A DNA stretch of 64,000 bases from an uncultured Flavobacteriaceae bacterium. GTDB lineage: Bacteria; Bacteroidota; Bacteroidia; Flavobacteriales; Flavobacteriaceae. Numbering within the stretch: the first letter of the stretch is position 1; every line of letters begins with the position of its first letter. The stretch lies in assembly GCA_964014735.1 (NCBI GenBank), contig CAXHBH010000001.1:51588-115587 (forward strand). Direction: 5' to 3'. A model generated the notes under the pieces. That model saw nothing but the letters and a program-made list of their open reading frames with translations. It was not told the origin of the DNA and searched no databases. The position numbers and the translations under genes are program-made. This document shows positions 57,160-64,000 of the stretch, piece after piece.

Positions 57160-58362
57160 ATGATTTTAGAAATGAAAGTGCCCTCTCCGGGCGAATCAAT
57201 ATCAGAAGTAGAAATAGCCGAATGGTTGGTTAGTGATGGTGATTATGTAGAAAAAGATCAAACCATTGCCGAAGTCGATTCCGACAAGGCTACCCTTGAG
57301 CTCCCCGCGGAGGAGAGTGGAATCATTACACTTAAGGCCGAAGAAGGTGATGCGATTGCTGTAGGCGGCATTGTATGTCATATAGACACTGCTGCAATCA
57401 AGCCAGAAGGTCTGGATATAAAACCTGCTCCGGTCAAAGCAACCGTTTCACAAGCCTCAACAACAACTGCTCCCGCTAAAACATCTTATGCTACTGGGAC
57501 AGCCTCCCCAGCAGCTCGAAAAATTATTACTGAAAAGGGAATAGATACAGCTGCTATTCCAGGCACCGGTCGTGACGGCCGTATAACAAAAGAAGATGCC
57601 CTAAATGCTGTTCCTTCAATGAGGACCTCAGAAGGTGACAGGCCATTATCTCGCAAGAAAATGTCCATGCTCCGCCGAAAAGTAGCTGAACGCTTGGTTG
57701 CTGCCAAAAATGAAACAGCCATGCTTACTACATTTAATGAGGTCAATATGTCACCCATTTTTGACTTGCGGGCCGAGTATAAGGAAGCCTTTAAAGCAAA
57801 ACATGATGTTGGACTTGGGTTTATGAGCTTTTTCACCAAAGCCGTGGTCCGTGCAATAAAAGAATTCCCAGACGTAAACTCCATGATTGATGGCAACGAA
57901 CAAATATTGCACGACTACTGTGATATTAGTGTAGCCGTTTCGGGACCTAAAGGGCTTATGGTTCCTGTAGTTCGAAATGCTGAATCCATGGACTTTAAGG
58001 ATTTAGAGACCGAAATTAAGCGTTTAGCAATCCGAGCACGTGATGGACAAATCACTGTTGATGAAATGACAGGTGGGACCTTTACCATCTCCAATGGAGG
58101 GGTGTTTGGATCTATGCTTTCAACACCAATCATCAATCCACCACAATCAGCTATTTTAGGTATGCACAATATTTTACAACGTCCAATTGCTGTTGATGGT
58201 AAGGTTGAAATTCACCCTATGATGTATTTGGCGCTTTCTTATGACCATCGGATTATTGATGGACGCGAAAGTGTAGGATTTTTGGTAGCTGTAAAAGAAG
58301 CACTAGAAGATCCCGTCAACTTACTGATGCATGGTGATGTCAAAAAAGCATTGGCACTTTAA
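57160..58362 (+). CDS. sucB: dihydrolipoyllysine-residue succinyltransferase (E2 of 2-oxoglutarate dehydrogenase)
   Basis: ORF 57160..58362. It has the lipoyl site [10 protein letters not shown], an E3-binding segment ASPAARKI, and the catalytic SYDHRIIDG. Confidence 0.95.
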   Translation: MILEMKVPSPGESISEVEIAEWLVSDGDYVEKDQTIAEVDSDKATLELPAEESGIITLKAEEGDAIAVGGIVCHIDTAAIKPEGLDIKPAPVKATVSQASTTTAPAKTSYATGTASPAARKIITEKGIDTAAIPGTGRDGRITKEDALNAVPSMRTSEGDRPLSRKKMSMLRRKVAERLVAAKNETAMLTTFNEVNMSPIFDLRAEYKEAFKAKHDVGLGFMSFFTKAVVRAIKEFPDVNSMIDGNEQILHDYCDISVAVSGPKGLMVPVVRNAESMDFKDLETEIKRLAIRARDGQITVDEMTGGTFTISNGGVFGSMLSTPIINPPQSAILGMHNILQRPIAVDGKVEIHPMMYLALSYDHRIIDGRESVGFLVAVKEALEDPVNLLMHGDVKKALAL

Positions 58363-59231
58363 CCATTAATAGCCACAACTTGCTCAACTTTTCCAGGTAG
58401 CATTTCGCGCATCATGGTTTCGATACCATTCTTAAGGGTAAATGTAGAGGAAGGGCAACCACTACAAGCGCCTTGTAAGACGACGTGGACGGCCTTTGCG
58501 TTTTCATCAAAAGATTGAAACACAATATTCCCGCCATCAGAAGCTACAGCAGGCTTGATGTATTCATCCAATATCCGTACAATCTCTTGCTCGATTGGAG
58601 TGTGATTAATTTCTACATTTGCTTCCTCTTTCGAAAATGGACTGAAGCTAGGGGACAATATGGGTTTGTTTTCCGCAATGTGCTCTCTAATAAAAGTGCG
58701 TACTTGTTGCACTACTTCTTCCCAAGTTGAAATTTCGTATTTTGTTATGGACACAAAGTTTTCGTCCATGTATACTTCTTTGACAAAAGGAAAGTGGAAT
58801 AAAGCTTGTGCTAGGGGTGCATCTTGGGTTGTATCTATGGAAGTAAACTCCACACTTGCGGGCACCAGTTTTTTATTTGCCACAAACTTCATCACAGCAG
58901 GGTTCGGAGTGCTTTCGGCATAAACACTAGCTGGAGCCGCTTTTTTTGTTTTGGTGACTTCACCTCCGTCAGCGAGGTACTTTTCTAATTGTTCAACAAC
59001 TTCTCCTTGTACATCACTCCATTCCACAATGGGAAAACGTTCTAAGGTCAATTGAGTGCCGTTGAGGGTTACAGCCTTCACAAAAGGCAAATAAAATAAT
59101 TGCTGTGCTAATGGAACTTCAATGGCTTCTGAAACATTGTTAAACGCATAAGCGCGCTCAACAAGTGTAATATCAGTACTTAAAACAAGTAAATCTGGAT
59201 TTTCAGATGGTAATATGCGAAAACGACTCAT
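58359..59231 (-). CDS. NifU/Nfu family Fe-S cluster protein (tandem Nfu_N domains + NifU C-terminal CxxC domain)
   Basis: ORF 58359..59246, with the ATG at 59231 preferred. It has [11 protein letters not shown] and a C-terminal [11 protein letters not shown]. Confidence 0.8.
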   Translation of the reverse strand: MSRFRILPSENPDLLVLSTDITLVERAYAFNNVSEAIEVPLAQQLFYLPFVKAVTLNGTQLTLERFPIVEWSDVQGEVVEQLEKYLADGGEVTKTKKAAPASVYAESTPNPAVMKFVANKKLVPASVEFTSIDTTQDAPLAQALFHFPFVKEVYMDENFVSITKYEISTWEEVVQQVRTFIREHIAENKPILSPSFSPFSKEEANVEINHTPIEQEIVRILDEYIKPAVASDGGNIVFQSFDENAKAVHVVLQGACSGCPSSTFTLKNGIETMMREMLPGKVEQVVAING

Positions 59232-59305
59232 AAACTTTTTATGCAAAAATACGTATTAGAACAATAGTAGTAGAAACTACACAGTAGATTTTTGTACTTT
59301 ACAGC

Positions 59306-59818
59306 ATGCTAATAAAAACCATATTAAATCACACGCCCACTTATGGCGAAAACTGTTTTTTTGCTGATAATGCTACTCTCATTGGAGATGTATTGATGGG
59401 CGATTCTTGCTCTGTGTGGTTTCAGGCAGTAGTTCGTGGCGATGTAAATCGTATTGTCATTGGAGACAACGTCAATATTCAAGACGGGGCTGTTATTCAT
59501 GCAACTTATAAGACTGCTCCTACTACAATAGGTAACAATGTATCAATTGGGCACAATTCCATTGTTCATGGATGCAGCATTTACGACAACGTATTGGTTG
59601 GTATGGGTGCTATTATTATGGATGACGCAGTTGTGGAATCCAACAGCATTATTGCTGCTGGAGCGGTGGTTACCAAAAACACCATAGTGCCATCCGGAAC
59701 GGTTTTTGGTGGTGTGCCTGCCAAAAAAATTAGGGATACTTCACCTGAACTAATTTCAGGAGAAATAGCGCGTATCGCAAAAAATTACAGCTTATATGCA
59801 AGCTGGTTTAAGGATTAA
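59306..59818 (+). CDS. gamma-class carbonic anhydrase-like hexapeptide-repeat protein
   Basis: ORF 59306..59818. It has a left-handed beta-helix repeat pattern with VRGDVNRIVIGDNVNIQDGAVIH. Confidence 0.85.
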   Translation: MLIKTILNHTPTYGENCFFADNATLIGDVLMGDSCSVWFQAVVRGDVNRIVIGDNVNIQDGAVIHATYKTAPTTIGNNVSIGHNSIVHGCSIYDNVLVGMGAIIMDDAVVESNSIIAAGAVVTKNTIVPSGTVFGGVPAKKIRDTSPELISGEIARIAKNYSLYASWFKD

Positions 59819-60588
59819 ATTTTTAGCTGATTAACATGGTCAACACCAAAAGATTTCCAGAGGTCAATTTTTGGAGAAGTTGTGGTATAATAGGCAGTCC
59901 TACCGCCACTTTTATTGTAGAGGTTGTTTAAGTCTAGTAGTCTACGAGTTTGCTCGGCTACCGCCGTACTACAATCCACAATTGCTACATTTTCGGGAAG
60001 TATTTTTCTTAGGGTCTGCGTTAAAAAAGGGTAGTGGGTACATCCCAGAACTAAATGATCGATAGGTTTTTTTAGCATTGGGTACAAGATATCACGCAGT
60101 TGTTTTTCAGTTGCTTGGCTATCTGCTTTACCTTCTTCAACCAACCCTACCAGTCCATGCCCTACCTGGCTGATTACTTCAAGCTCTTGTGTATAATCTT
60201 GAGCTGTGCTTTGGAACAGTGTACTGGTAAGGGTTCCAGCAGTTGCAAGCACCCCTATAACTCCTGTTTTACTGTCTAATGCTGCTGGCTTTATGGCAGG
60301 TTCAACACCCACAAATGGAATTGAAAAATGCTCCCTGAGCTGTGAAATAGCATTGGTCGTTGCCGTGTTGCAGGCTACCACTACTAGTTTACACTCTTGC
60401 GCAACCAACCATTTGGTAACGGCCATTGCACGTGATGTAATTGTCTGTTTTGTTCTTTTTCCATAAGGTGTGTAAGCCTGGTCAGCCACGTAAAGGATAT
60501 CCTCACTGGGAAGCATTTCTTTAAGTGCATTAAGCACAGATAATCCGCCTACTCCAGAATCGAAAACACCAATGGGTTTAGAATGCAT
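59815..60588 (-). CDS. murI: glutamate racemase
   Basis: ORF 59815..60588. It has IGVFDSGVGGLSV, VVACNTA and LGCTHYP. Confidence 0.9.
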   Translation of the reverse strand: MHSKPIGVFDSGVGGLSVLNALKEMLPSEDILYVADQAYTPYGKRTKQTITSRAMAVTKWLVAQECKLVVVACNTATTNAISQLREHFSIPFVGVEPAIKPAALDSKTGVIGVLATAGTLTSTLFQSTAQDYTQELEVISQVGHGLVGLVEEGKADSQATEKQLRDILYPMLKKPIDHLVLGCTHYPFLTQTLRKILPENVAIVDCSTAVAEQTRRLLDLNNLYNKSGGRTAYYTTTSPKIDLWKSFGVDHVNQLKI

Positions 60589-60594
60589 GCTTAA

Positions 60595-60631
60595 AAATAA
60601 AAAAACTGCCTCGAAAGGAGGCAGTTTTTTT
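60595..60631 (-). terminator. intrinsic terminator after the ompH/skp genes (symmetric hairpin)
   Basis: CTGCCTC-GAAAG-GAGGCAG, flanked by an A-run on one side and a T-run on the other. The minus-strand reading gives stem plus T-tail right after the ompH stop. Confidence 0.7.
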
Positions 60632-60652
60632 AGATAATATGTTTTGTTGGGC

Positions 60653-61156
60653 TCAGATTCCCAATGCCTTTTTAACGTCTGATGAAAGATCTTTTCCTTC
60701 TGCCATTAATAAAGCACCACCAAGACTTGCATCAATAACGTAATCAAAACCTTGTGCTTTGGCAACTTCTTGCACTTTGGCACGCGCATTTTCAATGATG
60801 GGACGTAATAAGTCTGCCTGCTTCTTTTGAATGTCTTGAGAAGCTGTTTGCCTGAACTGTTGAATGTTTTGTTCCATACCTGCCAACTCTTGTTGACGCG
60901 CTTGGTTTGTCACGTCTGTTTGGTTTTCAGCTTCAGCAGAATAAGTTTGTAATTTGGTTTGGTATTCTTTTATAGAGGCTTCGATTTCTGTCTGATAATC
61001 TTTTTCTAGTTTTTGAACCTCTTCCTGAGCGGCAATTACGCTCGGCATTTCGCTGATTATTTTTTGGAAGTCTAAGTGTGCTACTTTGCTTTGTGCATAA
61101 GTTACGTTGCTAAGCATTAAAATTACTGTGAGTAATAATGTAGATAAATATTTCAT
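60653..61156 (-). CDS. OmpH/Skp family periplasmic chaperone
   Basis: ORF 60653..61156 with a signal peptide. It is a coiled-coil-rich 167-aa protein in the canonical position downstream of bamA. Confidence 0.85.
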   Translation of the reverse strand: MKYLSTLLLTVILMLSNVTYAQSKVAHLDFQKIISEMPSVIAAQEEVQKLEKDYQTEIEASIKEYQTKLQTYSAEAENQTDVTNQARQQELAGMEQNIQQFRQTASQDIQKKQADLLRPIIENARAKVQEVAKAQGFDYVIDASLGGALLMAEGKDLSSDVKKALGI

Positions 61157-61176
61157 TTTATTAAGTTAATTAAGTG

Positions 61177-62100
61177 TTACTTTTTTTGTTGTGCTTGTTT
61201 ACGTTTTTCTTTAAATTCATTTTTTTTTCTTTCAAGCTCTTCTAATCGTTCTTTTTTTCGTTTGGTTAGGGCTTCTTCTTTTTCTTTTTTCTTCCTTGCA
61301 ATTTCTTGCTCGCGTTCTTGTTTTTTAATTTCGTACTCAGCTTTTCGTGCCTCTCTTATTTCTTCTTTACTTTGAATAGAAGCAGCATCAGCTTGTGTTT
61401 TATTTTCTGTTTTTTTAGCTTCTTTTTGTCGTTTACGCTCAGCTTTTCGTTCTTCCGCTAACTTTCGGCGTTCTGCGTTTTGTTGCTGTATTTTTTTTCC
61501 TTTCTCATTAATTGTTGGGTTAGAACTCTGTTTACGTTCTTGTTTTTTGGTTTCAGCCAAAAAAGCTTGAGCCTTTTTCTTGTCATTAATTTCAAGGAAT
61601 TTAATAACAAGTTCGCTAATATCGTATTTTTTTTCAGAATGAAGAACTAGAATGTCCGCGGTACTGTCAAAAACATAGTTTAGTTTTCTGTCACTGGCAA
61701 TTTCACGTATTGCTGTTAGTATTTCGTCTTGGGCTGGTTGTGCTAGTTTTAGCTTTTGCTGAATCCAGTCACCCTCAACTCCAAAGCGCTGTTCTATATA
61801 CTGATTAAGTTTCTCCTGCTCGAAGGCAATGTCATCTTTACGTTCTTCAGCTATTTCATCGGTAAGAAGTGGTCTTTCAATTTCAAGAATCTTTGTTTGC
61901 TCATCTAATTTTTTTTGCCTTATGTCAATTTCGTTTCGCCATGATGCAATCTTTGTTTCCAAGTCTTGGCTTGATTCTGTGAAGCCGCTGTGTGTTGCCA
62001 AAACCTTGTCAATATCTAAAAACCCTATCCTGACATTACGTTGTCCATATGTAAAACCCGTTACAGAACAGCACAATAATAATGACCAAAAAAGCCGCAT
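61177..62100 (-). CDS. OmpH/Skp family protein with long Lys/Glu-rich C-terminal extension
   Basis: ORF 61177..62100. It has a signal peptide and a Skp-like core, followed by a ~130-aa K/E/R low-complexity tail. Confidence 0.75.
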   Translation of the reverse strand: MRLFWSLLLCCSVTGFTYGQRNVRIGFLDIDKVLATHSGFTESSQDLETKIASWRNEIDIRQKKLDEQTKILEIERPLLTDEIAEERKDDIAFEQEKLNQYIEQRFGVEGDWIQQKLKLAQPAQDEILTAIREIASDRKLNYVFDSTADILVLHSEKKYDISELVIKFLEINDKKKAQAFLAETKKQERKQSSNPTINEKGKKIQQQNAERRKLAEERKAERKRQKEAKKTENKTQADAASIQSKEEIREARKAEYEIKKQEREQEIARKKKEKEEALTKRKKERLEELERKKNEFKEKRKQAQQKK

Positions 62101-62112
62101 TTATTTTTTTTA

Positions 62113-64000
62113 TTAGAATTGTTGACCTATGATAAAGTGTGTTTCCCATCCATTCGGATTTAAGTCATTTGGCAACTCACTATCAAATCCATATCCAAAA
62201 TCTATGCCTAACAATCCAAAAGCGGGCATAAAAATTCGCACGCCAAAGCCTGCTGAGCGTTTACTATTAAACGGATTAAATTCACGAAAATTGTTATAAC
62301 CATTACCAGCTTCTAAAAAACTTAAAGCATAAATAGAAGCACTTGGCTTTAACGTTATGGGGTAACGCAATTCAAGCGAGAACTTGTTGTACACAGTTGA
62401 TCCATCTCTACTAGACAGTGATTGGTTTTCATAACCTCTTAGTGCAATGGTTTCCCTACCATCCATAGCATATTGTTGAAGCCCATCACCACCTAAGAAG
62501 TAACGTTCAAATGGAATATTCCCCCTGTCAGGGTTGTATGCGCCTAAAAATCCAAATTCTGCGTGGGTACGCAATATTAATTTATCAATAATTCGGGTAT
62601 ACCAAGATCCTTCAAAATTTAACTTATAGTACTCCAACCATTTAAATCTTTCTTGATCAATTTTTGCTTGGTCAGGACTGCCATTTGCATCTTGATATTC
62701 AGCTTGATCTTTCAAGTTGGCATAATCAATATTGTTTACCAATGAATATGGAAAGGTGAGTTTAGCACCAATAGTAAATGAGGAGCCACCAGTTGGGAAT
62801 ATAGGATTTGTATAGGTGTTGTTTCTGGATAATGCTATTGCATAAAACAGATTGTTTGAAACGCCATCTCCAAAAGTAAATAAGCCAGTATAATAGTTGT
62901 TTAAGTCAAAGTATTGATACCCTATTGTTTGTGAAAGCGTAAAATAATCATCAGGAACTTGAAGTCTTCTAGCCAAACCAAAATTTATACCACGAATCTT
63001 GAAATATTGTGACTTATCAGCCAGTCCTGTCATATAATTATATCGGTACTGAGTTGTTTGAGAAATAGAAGTTGAAAAGCGTACGGGTTGCTCCCCACCA
63101 AGCCAAGGTTCTGAAAACGAAAAACTATAAGTTTCAAAGAAACGACTAGCTTGAAGACGAAGCGCCAATTGCTGTCCGTCACCCATAGGAACCGGTTTGT
63201 ATTCTTTCTTATTGAATATATTGCGCATGGAAAAATTATTGAACGAAAGCCCTAGGGTTCCAATAAATCCACCACCGCCATAACCACCTTGTAGTTCAAT
63301 TTGACTTGCGCCTCTTTCAACCAAACCATACTCAATATCTACAGTGCCAGCGTTGGGATCTACATCTTTGAAGTCAGGGGATATTTGCTCTGCATCAAAA
63401 AAGCCCAATTGTCCTAATTCACGTACCGAACGCACTACTTTATCCTTGCTGTAGAGTTCACCAGGACGTGTACGAATTTCTCTATAAATAACGTGGTCAT
63501 TTGTTCGATCGTTACCTCTTACGCTGATTCTATTAAAATAAGCAGGCTTACCCTCGGTAATGCGTATTTCAAAGTTTATGGTATCATTTGCAGCGCTTAC
63601 CTCAACAGGGTTTATGCTCGAAAATAAGTAACCGTTGTTTTGGTAAAGGTTCGTGAGGTCTTCTCCATCTGGTTTAGTTTGGTCTGCAATACGCTTACGC
63701 AACAATACTCCATTGTATGTGTCTCCTGGCTTAATGCCAAGCACCCTTCTAAGTTGCGCATCACTGTATACGGAGTTACCAATAAAATCAACATCGCCAA
63801 AATAGTATTTGTCCCCCTCTTGGAGCTTTATAACTACATCAATTTTATTGTCATCAACGATGATGCTATCGGAAACGATACGTGCATCACGATAGCCTTT
63901 TTCTTTATAAAAGTCTAGAAACTCCTTTATGTCTTCATCATAATCGGCTGCTATGTATTTTGAGCGCTTCCAAAAACGACCTGGTAGTTCTAGTTTTGTT
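62113..64000 (-). CDS. bamA: outer membrane protein assembly factor BamA (5' end beyond the window end)
   Basis: Track ORF 62113..63744. The frame stays open upstream to 64000 (my translation: ...FWKRSKYIAADYDEDIKEFLDFYKEKGYRDARIV...DKYYFGDVDFIGNSVYSDAQLRRVLGIKPGD, POTRA repeats). It has a C-terminal Omp85 barrel ending ...HFIIGQQF. Confidence 0.9.
   Translation of the reverse strand, partial: TKLELPGRFWKRSKYIAADYDEDIKEFLDFYKEKGYRDARIVSDSIIVDDNKIDVVIKLQEGDKYYFGDVDFIGNSVYSDAQLRRVLGIKPGDTYNGVLLRKRIADQTKPDGEDLTNLYQNNGYLFSSINPVEVSAANDTINFEIRITEGKPAYFNRISVRGNDRTNDHVIYREIRTRPGELYSKDKVVRSVRELGQLGFFDAEQISPDFKDVDPNAGTVDIEYGLVERGASQIELQGGYGGGGFIGTLGLSFNNFSMRNIFNKKEYKPVPMGDGQQLALRLQASRFFETYSFSFSEPWLGGEQPVRFSTSISQTTQYRYNYMTGLADKSQYFKIRGINFGLARRLQVPDDYFTLSQTIGYQYFDLNNYYTGLFTFGDGVSNNLFYAIALSRNNTYTNPIFPTGGSSFTIGAKLTFPYSLVNNIDYANLKDQAEYQDANGSPDQAKIDQERFKWLEYYKLNFEGSWYTRIIDKLILRTHAEFGFLGAYNPDRGNIPFERYFLGGDGLQQYAMDGRETIALRGYENQSLSSRDGSTVYNKFSLELRYPITLKPSASIYALSFLEAGNGYNNFREFNPFNSKRSAGFGVRIFMPAFGLLGIDFGYGFDSELPNDLNPNGWETHFIIGQQF

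Noticed and set aside
1284-57896. Long antisense or alternate-frame ORFs such as 1284..1619, 28541..28912, 43646..44176, 54337..54894, 57486..57896 and 13727..13933
   Set aside because: Each is embedded in a longer ORF with clear family motifs (ZIP, GH3, MgtE, SucA, SucB, YgcG). They are shadow ORFs, and their translations look compositionally biased.

Overview
This 64-kb chromosomal segment reads as a marine Flavobacteriia (Bacteroidota) genome. Supporting signs are a T9SS C-terminal sorting domain, a FISUMP lipoprotein, the bamA-ompH-ompH-murI block, myxol-type carotenoid genes, no Shine-Dalgarno sequences, and TAnnTTT(A/G)-like boxes close to start codons. I call about 65 protein genes, 3 tRNAs (Asn-GTT, Arg-CCT, Leu-CAA) and 5 pseudogenes or gene remnants. 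I found no rRNA, no CRISPR array and no integrase or transposase. All family calls rest on motif recognition by eye; no searches were run. Most of the window is housekeeping: rseP, metG, mfd, lysC, mgtE, rsmA, serS, ribF, pth, rplY, prs, sucAB, murI, skp paralogs and bamA. Two long edge-truncated genes are missing from the ORF track: crtY (1..1157, minus) and bamA (62113..64000, minus). Two blocks that each sit next to a tRNA stand out. (i) 4.8-12.0 kb, next to tRNA-Asn, is visibly AT-rich and encodes only exported or membrane proteins. It contains five direct copies of a ~45-nt junction repeat that separate ~0.6-kb same-strand single-gene units. The layout is integron-like, but there are no attC features and no recombinase in view. 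This is the best candidate for something undescribed. (ii) 50.8-54.3 kb, next to tRNA-Leu, holds two decayed genes plus a GC-richer umuC-umuD pair in inverted order. Other oddities are nonsense-only gene decay (yraN-like, ssb-like and a YD-motif lipoprotein), an EF-hand pair inserted in a GH3 glycosidase, a Kazal-like domain lipoprotein, a SulP remnant beside an MBL-rhodanese fusion, and dispersed myxol-pathway genes (crtY, crtI, crtA-like/crtD/cruF).
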